64,000 nucleotides of DNA from an uncultured bacterium. GTDB lineage: Bacteria > Omnitrophota > Omnitrophia > Omnitrophales > Aquincolibacteriaceae. Positions 24,001-36,000 of the stretch are shown here, in pieces. Position 1 is the stretch's first letter, and each line of letters starts with the position of its first letter. The stretch is from the NCBI GenBank assembly GCA_964482725.1, contig CAYZYT010000005.1:88133-152132 (forward strand). The letters run 5' to 3'. The notes under the pieces are model-generated. The model searched no databases. It was not told the origin of the DNA and saw only the letters and a list, made by a program, of their open reading frames with translations. The position numbers were made by a program, and so were the translations under genes.

Positions 24001-27000
24001 GAGTCGTAGCCCAGCCTCGCCCACACGCTCGAAAACTGAGAGCTGTGAATTCCGCTGCGCAGGCTCTGAAGGGCCGCGAGTTCCTTGCGAAGGGCGCCGG
24101 TCATAGGATCGCCTTTACCGGAGATCCCCAAATCGCTCTTGAGACCTGCGACGCCTTCCGGGGTGGTGAGTTTCTTGGAAAATTCATCGATATTCATGAA
24201 TTGGGGATGCTCGGCCTGAAACGGGGTCCCGACCGAAGGCCGTCTTTCAAGCACCATGCCGGCGCTGTCAAAAAGCTCGCGCCTCTTTTCGTTCAGGAAG
24301 TTCCGCGCTTCCATAAAGGAAAGAGCGGCGGAATGCGCATCCCCGCGGGCGGCGTTCTTTTCTCCGGAGGAAGCAAAAAGGATATCTTCTCTGCCGCGAA
24401 TGCCATAAAGGATCGAATAGACCATTTCGCGCTGTTTGGGCTCAAGGCCTTCTATACGGGAAAGCTGGGCCTGATACTTATGATCGGCTTCGGCGATGGC
24501 CTTGATCTGTGCCTGGGTCACCGCGGTCACTTTCAGGTCCGCCGCCTGGGCCCTTAACTGATACGCCCTTCCTTGAAAATTAAAAATAGCGCCGCCGAGA
24601 TCGACCGTCGTCGTGAACGCGCGCTCCGAGGGTGTCCCCTTCACGGTTTCACTTTCGAGCCATTTGCCGTTCTCGTCCAATGCGCCGCGATTTCCGTTCG
24701 CATCGTAAAATCCGATCACGGTTTTGTTATCCAAAGGAATAGCAAGCGGTGAGCTCATGGGATCTTCAAGGCCGGATGAGGATACCGAGGTTTCCAGCCG
24801 GCCGTTATACTGGGCCGCAAAGGTCGCAAGCTGCGCCTCGAGTTCGGCGATCTTGACCGCCGCGGTCGACGCCGCCATGGCCTCAACGGAGATTACGGGT
24901 TTTTTAGACACTTGGTCACCGGCGGCCGTGATCTTTTGCCAATCAAGGACTTTGCCGGTGTAAGGCCCCTGGCCTGTTTCATGTTCGGCCGTCACAACAT
25001 CGGCGGTCGGCACCATGACTTGGGCGATGGCCTCCGAATAGATCGCGTGATTGCCAAGCCGGGAAATGGCGTCCCGGATCTGGCCGTTAACGTGCTCCAT
25101 CTTTTCCTGCAACTTGAGCAATTCCCCGAGTTCGCGTTCGGACCGCGTGGTGTCGTTATCATCCGCGCTCGAATTGACGAGACTGATCTCGCTGCCGGCG
25201 ATGATCCGCTCGCGCTGGTCGATCCATGCCGCCACCGCCGCCGAAAGGCCCGCCTTGAGACCTTCATACTGACGTTTCAGGATGGCCACTTCCCCCGGAG
25301 CCAGGGACGCCATGCGGTCAAAGCTGTCCAAGGTATCTTCTGCGGAAATAACGCCGACCTGCATATCGATGACTTCACGCTGGATATTTTCTTCCGTGGC
25401 CGTCTGATCGATCCCGATCACTCGCGAGGCAAAATTCCCGACAATCGGAATGTGATCTAAAAGACGGTCGCCCCACCAATAAGCAGGGCCGATAATGGGC
25501 ATCACACCCGGTTTCGTCGAACTGGTCCCGATCTCGTCATAGCCCAGCGCAAGACTGCCCTTGGCTCCAAAGCGCCACTTGGCGCCCATCAGATATTCCC
25601 GGGCTTTTTGACCGTGGAGCTGAATCAGATCGAGTTTACGAAGAATCTCGGTGACCGGGGAGATCGTGGATATGGAGCTGAGCTTCTCGCCCGCGCCGTG
25701 TATTTGCTGAAAAAGTTCTTCTTGTTCCTGGAGATATTTCACCGCGAAGTTCAGACGTTTTTTGAGTTCCAGGGCGCTCAGCGTGCCCTCCTTCGCATCC
25801 TTGTAGATCTTCTCCATCTCATTTTTAACGAAATCAGACATCTTGGCGGCGTCGACGGAGGCATGAAGGAATTGCCGGGTCACCTCCTGCAACCTATTGA
25901 GGCGCATGGCCCTGTCTTTCTTGACCGCGTCTTCTCCCGTAGCCTCCGATTTCCAATTGACCACTTCCTGAAGGCCCGTCTGAACCTTGATCATATCTTT
26001 GGAAAGCTTATCCAGCTTCAGAACCCGCGCCGAATTCTCCGGAGACATTTTCCCGAACCAAGGACTCAGCTCATCACGAAGCACCTTGATCTGCGCCACG
26101 GTCGCACCGACCGAGGCTGAAAACGCCTGAATCCCGGCGGTATCCTTGACCTTGCCGTCGGCATCCAAAAAGAGCCAAGGTGAAGTAACGACCAGTTTTT
26201 CCGCCTCGGCGAAACCTTTGATCTTTGTCTGGGCATCGATACGGGCCTGGACCGGGCCTTTCAGCTTTGCAAGGTCCGCATCCGTGAAGACTGCCGGATT
26301 CCCGCGGCGAGAAAAAACCAATCCCCGGTCGCCCTTTTCACCCAGCCATCCAAGATGCTTGACGATCTGATCAGCGTTTTGACCGAGTGCGATAAGCTGG
26401 TCGATCTCCTTGAAAACACTCTCGGCACTGGCAGCATGCTTCGCACCCAGCACCCCGGTGACAGACGCCCGCAGTGCTTTACCGGACTGTTCCTCCACAG
26501 CGGCTTTCTGTACACCCAAAGTCTCGGTCCCTTCAAGAAAGTCAACGGCGTTCGTGTCCTTCCCGAACGTGTAGATCTTGAACTGGAGCATGACTTTCGA
26601 AAGATTGTTCTGGGTCGCTTCAAGCTTGGCTTCCGCGATATCAAGATTCGCCTGCGCGTCCTTCATCTTCATCTGGGCTGCCCAGGAATAACCACCGACT
26701 TGGGGGGCCAGCCTTTTTTCAAATTTCGGCGAAATGGGTCTCTCGTCCCGTTCCGCGGCGGCAGCTTTTTCGGCTTTCTTTAATTCCTCATTACGAAGTT
26801 CGACTTCTCTCTCTGCAAGACCCACAAGTTTTGCGCCGAGCTGAATGTTATGGATCCATCCGCGCATGGTCGCGCTCAGATCCGTCGCCGTGCGTTGGAC
26901 TAACTTATCCGCGGAATCTCCGGCAAGATCCTTCTGGTTCTGGCGGGCCCAATAAGCCGTATCCGTCACGAGCGTAAGGCTCGGCCCGATATTCGCTCCC

Positions 27001-30000
27001 CGTTTCCAGCCTCTCTCGATCATGGTAACGTCTTTGCCGTTCCGGTCGGTGTAGCCCCAGCCGTATCCGCCGCCGAATGAGAATTTCATCCAACCCAGCA
27101 GGTTGTAGTTCAACCTGTCTTCGCCGGCCTGAAGGATCGCTTCATCGAGGCGGGGCTTTGCGGAAGCAAGGAGTTTTTGAAAATCAGGGTTGGCAGAATT
27201 CACATCTCCCTTAAACTTTGTTGCAAAGGCAAGCGCTTCATTCAAATTATTGCCCGCGACAGGGGTCTTGTCCTTGGCTCCCGCTTTCGGAGGTACGGCC
27301 CAGGACCGGAGGGTTTCTTCCCGAGCAGCTTTCAGCGCTGCCTGGATGTCCGCGACGCGTTTGGGGAACTGTTTTTCAAGATCGTTCACCGTCTTCGTGA
27401 TCTGTCCGTCCAGACCCGCGTACTGTTGCTTCCGGCTCTCGAGAAGGCTCACGGCCAATTCGGCGCCCTTGACGTCTTCGGTGATCTGTTCCTGATCGAT
27501 ATAAGCTTGGGCAAGATTGAGTCCCCGATTGGAAGCGCCGGACGGGTCACTCATGATCTGATTGATCACTTCGTCTTTCGCGCCCATCGCGCTTTTGACC
27601 TTGGCCTCATAGCTCTTTGCGGCTGCAAGGGATTGATCCAGGAGAAGTTGATCTTCATAGAAGGCACGCGCTTTCGACGAAAATTTTGCAAGCTCAGTCG
27701 CGATCGCCGCCTCCTCTAAGATCTTATCCTTATTCCGTTCCTTATAAAAAAGGCCGTGAAGGGACCAGCTAAAATCGATCCGGAGGATATCGACGGAAAA
27801 CTCATTGCCCAGATTCCAAACGCCGAGCGTGCGCAGAAGGTCCCAGCTAGCCTGACCGGCGACCGTCCCATCCACACCGCTCAATACGCTTTTTGACGCG
27901 ACTTTTTGATTGACCAGACTTTTGGCCCGAGCCATCGAGGCGGTGACCCGGTCCACCGGCATGCCTTCTTCCTTTTCGAAAACCTCCTTGATCGAATCCA
28001 GCGTAATCCCGTCAAACGGACTTTTCTCGCTCGAATCTTTTGCTTTGTCCGAATCTTTCGCCGCCGGAATGTTGATGGCATCTTCCGTGCCGCGACCTGT
28101 CAGCTGGACGATCTCCCGGCTGATAAGCTTGCGCGAGGTTTTGAGCACTACGATATCGCTTTCCACGGTTTTGATCGCCGCCGCGATCTGCCTCTGGGTC
28201 TGGGTGTTGTAGTCCTGACCGCGGGTCTTCATCTGATCGAGAAGATTCTGCGCCAGTTTAGTTTTCAGGGCTTCTTTCGCGGTGATCTTCGCGTTAAAGA
28301 AAGCGATCTGGAAGAATTTCTGGACGATCGCATCAAAGGTCTCCCCCTGAGCGATCTCAAGATCCGCTTTGGCGGTATCCGACTCCGCCTTCGCGACGGC
28401 CCGCTGACGGATCCACGCAAGGTTGAGAACTTCGACGCGCAAAACAAGCATGGCGTCCCAGTCCCTTTCCTTCAAGGTCTCCCGGGCCAGCGTCGTGCCG
28501 TTCTTGCTGTCATAGCAATCAAGACGGGACAGGTACGTCAAAAGCGCGGCGTCATAGGGATTCGTCAGGACAATGTCGCGACCGAGCCGTTTCTCCGCCT
28601 CAGCCTTCATCTTCACAAAGGAATCCATGATCTCGGGAAGCGTCGCCCCGCCGAAGATGTCCTTGGCATTGATCCCTGAATAGAACGGATTGTCGTAGCG
28701 CTCGGCCCAGTAGGAGGCAAACCCCATCATCTCCGCGATCGGACGGCTATAATTCGCCTGATCCGACGGATTGCTATGAGCGGTAAGATAGGCGGGACTC
28801 CGCTCCGACACCGGCACGGCCCGCAACTCCGGGGTCAAATTCCAGAAACCGCTATCGCGTCCGCCGATCGCATTGATATTCGCCGCAAACCGGCCAGTGG
28901 TAATGTCGGTCGATTTCAGATGAATGATGGTGCCGGCATCGACCTCCTTATAATTTTCAAAATGGTAAGTGTCAGCCTCCGGGTCGCCGTTCCCGATGAT
29001 CGCATACACCGTCGGATTGCCGTTTTCATCCCACGCGACCGGCGAATAGGTTTCCGTATAATCCGGCGCGTAATTCGCCTGCTTCAGGGTGACATTGCCG
29101 CTGCCGTCATCGACCCAGCTATAATCGAATTTAACGCTTGAACCTTCGGAAGTCCCGTTGTGCCCCTGATATAAAGGAAGGTCACGCGGCGTAGCGTTAT
29201 AGGAAATCGACAGGTCCAGCGTGATCAGCCGGCGGTACCAGCTCCAGGAATCATACGTCTCGTCCATGATCTTTTTCTCGATCCCGGCTTGCTTAACGAG
29301 GTGCCCGTTCTTGACCCCTTCCGCGACCCAATTTTTGACTTCCGGGCCCACGGCTTCTTTTCCGGGGATCGAAAATCCACGGTAAATGTCAACGGTGTTC
29401 TTGGCATGCGACACAATGGCCGCAGTCAGTTTCTCAATAGTAGCTTTGTCCGCCGTGACGCCTTTCGCTTTTTCAGCAATGATCGCCGCCTGGAGTTTCC
29501 GGATCTCGTCATTTTCGGGAGCAAGCTTGGCATCCATGGCCTTCTGGTTGGCCAGCACCGCAGCCTGCGTTTCTTTTTGAATGTCCTGCAAAGCGGCTTC
29601 CTGCGCAGCGATCTTCTTTCCGAGCTCCTTTTTAGCTTTTTCGTCCTTCGCCTGTCCGAGCTGGGACTTGAGATCCGTCAGCGACTTGTCTTCTTTCGAA
29701 AATTCGTCGCGGAGCTCCACCATTTTCGTGATCGTCGGCGGGAGCTTCACTTCCTGAGTTGCGGAAGCTTTGACTTCGGCTTTGACAGCCTGTTTTTCTG
29801 CCGGCGCGGGTGTGGCAGCTTTCTCCGGAGCCGCGACCGTTTTCGGCGTTTCCTTCGGAGCTTCCGGGGCCAGTTTTTCCGCGGCAACGGTCACGACGGC
29901 CGCGGCGGTGCCTGAAACGGCGGCCACAGAGGCATTCACAGCGATCGTTTTGACGGATTCGGTTTTGGAAGCTTCGACTTCCGGAGCCGCCACAGAGGCT

Positions 30001-33000
30001 GTTTTGAGGCGAAGGTCGTTGAGCTTCTGTTCGGCTTGGCGAAGCGCGTTAATGTGAGTCACGAGATTCTTCATGTTCGCGGGATCCGGCATCTTTTCGG
30101 ACATACCTTCTTTGACCGTAGTCCGACGCAGGACGCGCAACAAACCGTTCTTCGAACCTTCGGTCTTAAGCGCTGAAATACTTTTCAGTATTCCGTCCAG
30201 ATCGACCGGCTTTTCGGCCCGGACACCACGGAAGATCACATCACGGACGGCGTCTTTGGCATCGATCCTCCCGGCGAAGGTCAGCTGCAGATAGCTATCC
30301 AACCCTTCGATCGCCAGCACCCGTTCAGCTTTGGCAGTACGGATCTCCGTATCAACGGCTGCCCGCGACTTTGCCGCCTCTTGCGCGGCTTGGCGCTTTT
30401 GAGCTTTGGCCGCCTCGGCCGCTTTTTGGGCTGCGATACGATCCTCTTTAACTTTTTGAGCCGCAATCTTTTCCGCGGCGGCTTTTTCTTCGGCTTCGAT
30501 CGCGGCAACCGCATCCCGAGCCGCCTTATTCATGACTAGCGTCGGTTCCGTAGAAGGCTTCAGAGGAGTGCCTTCGGCTGCGAGTTTTGCTTCTTCACCG
30601 AGTTCTTCAGCGGGTGCCTTCGGAGCTTCTTTGACGGTCATCGGAGCTACCGGAACCACCACGGCAGGCTTGACTTCCGCGACCGCGGGTGCCGGAAACG
30701 CTTTCGCAAGATCGGCCGAGGTTTTTTTCATAACAGCCGCGGCTTCCTCAAGTTCTTTCTTGGATTCCGCGACCGTGACCTCAGCCTTCGCAAGTCTTTC
30801 CTTGGAGGATTCGACAGCTACGGCCGGCGCGGGAACGGCTTTGACTTGAACTTTCGCCGTTTCCACGACAGGAGCTACTGTGACTTCGGGTGTCACGACC
30901 GGAGCTTTAGGGGCTTCAACGGGAGCTTTGACAACGGGTTGAGCGGCAGGCGGTGTTAGAACCACCAACGCATTTTCCATAGGAGCTTCGGCGGCTTGAG
31001 ATGAAGAAACAAGCAATGCCCCAAGACCCGCAAATCCCGCCTCCACCCCAGATTTTACTTTCGCCCATTTGGAAGCAGACGGACTCACCCCAACGGGCCC
31101 GGCAACCGTCTGCTGATCCAGGCCTAATTGTTTTTTTGCCTCCGCTAAGATCCTGGCCGTTTCGACACCGGGCCCATAACGATCCATCGTGTCTTGTTCG
31201 ATTTCGGAATACTGGGCTCGTCGCATTTCAAGCGTCATTTTACTTATCGAGATTGCCGACGAAGCGTATTGCTCGGCTTGTGCGATCTGGTGATGAATGG
31301 ATGAGGGGTTCTGTAAATCTTGCGTTGAGGGCCGATCTGCGGGTGCTTGACGCATAAGAGCGGCCAGACTCTGAACAGCTTGGTGAACCCCGGAATCCTT
31401 GGAACCGTCGGAAGCTTGAACGAATTGTCTCAGCTGAGGTAAATAATAGGTCGGGACATCTTTGAAAAGCTCCGCATTCGGAACATGCATCGCCGCAAAT
31501 GCAGGCGATGTAAAATGGATAATTTCTGATTGAAGGTCAAATCCTGTCCTGGTAGTCAACTCCGCCATTCCCGAATGAAATACGCGGCCGTGCACTCCGA
31601 GGAGATCCTCTTCGACGAACAAAGCCGGTTTTACAAGCGTCCAGTCGACGAGCGACTGCAGGCCATACTCCTGCACAAAATCACTATTGGCCACCACCTG
31701 AACGAACCCGCCCTCCATACCTCCTTCAGGACCTGTCTGGAGACCGACAAAGCTGCCGAGTTCACCTCCAAGGGCATAGGCGGAAAATGTCCCTAAAGTA
31801 ACGCTCCACCCGTAATCCTCCAAGGTCGGCGCCAAACGAAGGGCTTTGAAGAATATCTTAAGCTCCTCTCCCACACTGAGCTTGAGTTTTTGTGAAACCG
31901 GCACAGCTTCCTGAGGAGGCCCCCGCTGATTGAGGTTTTGGCCAAGAATAATTTCAAAAAAGTAACGATCGCTATCACTCGCGAAAAGGATCGCGCCTTG
32001 GTTGTAAAGTTCCCGGATCTGTTGAAGATCGGCCGGGCTTGTCTTCGGATCCTGCATCAACCGATAAAAAACATCCGGGGTCAGGAGCCACGCGTAACTG
32101 TTCAATGACTTCATATTCTGTTTCGCTTCATGCTGGGCAAACATATCCGTGAGGATCTCCTTCACGCGGCCGGCTCCGAGCATTTCAACAATTCGCTTGC
32201 TCGCAAAATACCCGGCTACTTTCTGACGATACCGCAGCCAATGAAGAATAACCTGGGTCGCGAACATCGTTCCAAGCACGCCCACGGTCGCGGAGGCCGC
32301 AAGGCCGGAAATGGCCGTCACAAGCATGACGTTCGGTCCCGCCATCGCCGTCAGGAACGCGAAAAATCCGGCAAGGATCGGAATGGACGGCAAAAAGACA
32401 CCGAGCGTCAATCCGACGATAAAGGAAACCGTGCTCAATGCCATGCGGTTATTCGTGAACTGAAGGATCGGGATCACGATCAAGGCCATGGGGATCCAAA
32501 GCACCAGACGAACCGTGGCCAGAACGCCGTCGATCAGATCGATGCCGAGACTCGCCAGCTTCCACGCGATCGGGTTTTTGATCTTATCCTGAAATCCGAA
32601 AGAACCCAGCCCGTATTTATAAGTATGAACGATCGCTTTCCCCCACGACCATCTCAGAAAACCGTTATACACAAATTTCTGGAGCGCTTTTGCGTTCTGG
32701 TCGCTCCAAGTCGAATACGTCACGCCAAAAAACGGCTTCTCCTTGACTGAGGCAAGTGCACCCGCCAGTTTCTGGGCCGAAACGCCTACGGAAAGACGAC
32801 GAAATTCATATTTCGCGATCCCCCGAACGAGCCCCAGCCACTCTTTGGGATTCTTAAAAAGAAGCGCGGCACCTTTAAGCGACAAAAGCTTGCCCAAGTG
32901 CTCGCCCGACAAGAGTCCCAAATGACGGTTAATGCTTTTTTCCACAAGCTCGGGATAAAAGGCGTAGAACGCGTGGAAAGCAACCCTTAAAAGCGCAATA

Positions 33001-36000
33001 GTCACAATGACGAGATAAACTTTCATGGCAATCAGACCGACCACCGGCACCAAAAAGCTCGCAAGTACGCCAAGCCCCGCGACCAACCCCAATTTCATAC
33101 CGATGCTTTTCAGCCGTGCGACCCATACAGCTTTCCGGCTCTGTGCCGTACCTTTTTCAGCCGACTTCATCTTTTCGCGGTTGCGCGCCTGCTGATCTTG
33201 GCTTACCACGGCTTCATGCATCATCTCCGCAAGACGGATCATTTGGGCCTTATCCAGACTGTTCCATTCGACGCCGTTCTGCTTGAGCAGCGCATCAAGA
33301 AGCGCCGCATTCCCTTTGAAATGATTGTTCACGAGGATATCGCGAACCCGTTGACGGACCTCTTCGGTCGACAGCGCTTTCAAATACTCGACCACCGGCA
33401 TCCGGTAAGACGTTTCGGGCTGAGCTTCTGCAGCTTTGATCAGATCCGCGAGCGACGCTGCCACGGCTGGCTTCACTTCCGGTTTCTGTTCGACAACGAC
33501 CGCCGGCCTGGCGGCAGCTTGTTCCGCGGCGGCCTGCTTGGCGGCAAGCGCCTGGTCGATCTCAACGCCGACATTTGCGCCGATCGGTCCGGAAGGTCCG
33601 GCCGCGATCTTGACCGCCCGAGCGGCTAGCCGCTCATCAATGAGTTTCTGAAAAGTTTCTTTCGAATGGGTGATGGTGAATGCATTGATCGGCACGCCCA
33701 GATCCCGAGCCTCGATCAGAGTCGGCATTTTCGAATCAACCGTACGGATTTTGTCGGGAGTCAAAAAGGAAAGGATGCGGAGAACCACGGGAAGACTGAG
33801 AACCCCCTTTGCGGAGATCTTCTCCATTTCATTCATTCTAAGGTCAAAACCAAGGTTCAGGAGGAGCCGCCGATAGGCTTGATACTCCCTGTTTTCAGAA
33901 TCCTCCGCATTTAAAATGAGCTCGGCCGTAAGACCCTGGGGCAGTTCAAGACCTTGATCCTGCAAATACGCATTCAGCCTCAAGAGGTTGGTCTTGATGA
34001 GAGCCAGCTCGGATTTCTGGCGTTCCTGCTCGGATTTGATTTGCGCGGCCTTGATCGCCTCGTCGTATACCTCGCCAAACTTCGGGCCGAAGGGCTCAGG
34101 CTGAGCCGGGACTGTTTTCTGCTCAATCACTCCGGATGTGATCTCGATCGGCCTCTCATGGGTCGTTTCTTTTGCAACAAGCTCCGGTTGAGCTTTCATT
34201 TGCGCCAGAACTTCTTCGGGCATCAATATGCCCTTGGCCATGACATAAACCATGCTCTGATCGCCGAATTTCACAACAGTTCGACCAGCCCCCTGGATCG
34301 ACACCTCCCTGCGACGATCGTCCGTGCTGCGTTCACTGAACACGGGAATTTCTCCGTTCCCATCGCGGCTACCCACCACCCAAAGATTCCACTTTTTGTC
34401 AAAATAGGACCGCTTTAACCCTGTGCTCGCGCCCTCAACAAATGTTTGTCCTTCCTGGATCAATACCCCTTTACCTGCACGAAGCATTTCACCAAAAGTT
34501 ACCGAGGGGGCCACGTTTTTGTTCCTAAAAATACTCTGCAGTGCCGTAGCGCGAACTTCGGCTCTGGCAAACTCGAGTCTTTCGCCATCTACGCGAAGTT
34601 CTGCACGGGTCGGAGTCCCCAACTTCGCGGCCAACTGGAAGCGCGGGTCATTCAGGACCGGTGACTTGGGCACAAGGAACGCTTCCGAAAGGACTTTTTC
34701 GATCGGGAGCGGGGTTTCGCGCAGAGCGGCATCATAGAGGGCGGACTCTTTGGCTTTATTGATCGCCTTGGTGATGCGCGGGGCGACTACTATATAAGAG
34801 AGGTCCTTCTCGCGAAGGTACTTCTCGATCCCGGGCGTATGGAAACCGCCGGTGACGATGGCGGATATCTTCTGCCCGGTGGCAAAGGTTTTCTCAACCG
34901 CTCGCTCGATCAGCACCTGATCGCGTTCGAGAGCGGCTTTATAGAAGCGCTCCACACGCGGTAAGTCCTGATCGAGTGTCTTCACTTGGGACGGCAATCC
35001 GTAGGTGAAGTGGTACTTCGACATGAGCGGGTTGAGAAAACTTACGAAAGTTTCCGACTTAAACTCGTCCTGGTAGGTGTAATAGAACTCGGCGTCCTGC
35101 TTCGTGAGCGTAAAGTCGAACATCTTGCAATAGATGTCATAGATCCGGAGGATATGGTCAAGCTGGACCTGTTCGGGGGTGGTGAAGAGCTTGTTCTTGA
35201 CGGTCTTTTCAAGGAACTCGATCTCGTCAAAGATCGAAACGTCGATCGCGTCATAGAGCTTCATGTATTTAACATAGGCAAGAACATTGGCGTATTTGGT
35301 GTTGAGGTCTTCTCCATGGGTTTGAGCCACGCTCATGCCCTGGATCTCATCCTGGAGATAGCCGTAATAGGCAGCGCGTTTCATCTTCTTCATGCGGAAG
35401 TGAACGGTGTTGGTGAGGAAACGGGAAAGCTTCTCGCGCGAGAGGACGCGCTTCATGTCATTGATGAGATCGTCAGTCTCTTTTTCGGCCTTGTCAAAAT
35501 CCACCTGCTTTTCAAGGTCCACGAGCTCGATCAGGGAATGCATGCCGGGATATTCATCGAGCGCGATATTGTGCTTACGGGCCAACTCCACAAGATAACG
35601 GACATAAGAGACGAGTTCCGGTCCGCCTTCCTGGAACGCGGCGCGGCGGCGAGTCAGCTCGCGCATCTCTTCGGGAAATACGAAGCGGCTCACCCCTTGC
35701 AAGACTTTATCAAGTTCCGCGAGGATCTTTTCATCGCGATCCTTGAACTGGAGCGCGTCCACGTAGGCTTTGCGGTTTTCTTCGTAGAGGTCTTTATCTT
35801 CCACGCCAAAAAGCGTCATCGCCGGTTTTTCAACAATGGCGAGATATTCGGGGCCGGTGAGGCGACCTTCTTTCAGAAAATAATCGGCGACGTTCCGGCG
35901 GGCGTCTTTATTCGGGAAAAAGGAAAAAAGTTCGGTGTAGAGCTCACCCGAGGCGCCTTCGAGGTTCACCAGCTTAAGCTGATATTTTTCCGAGAAGTAG

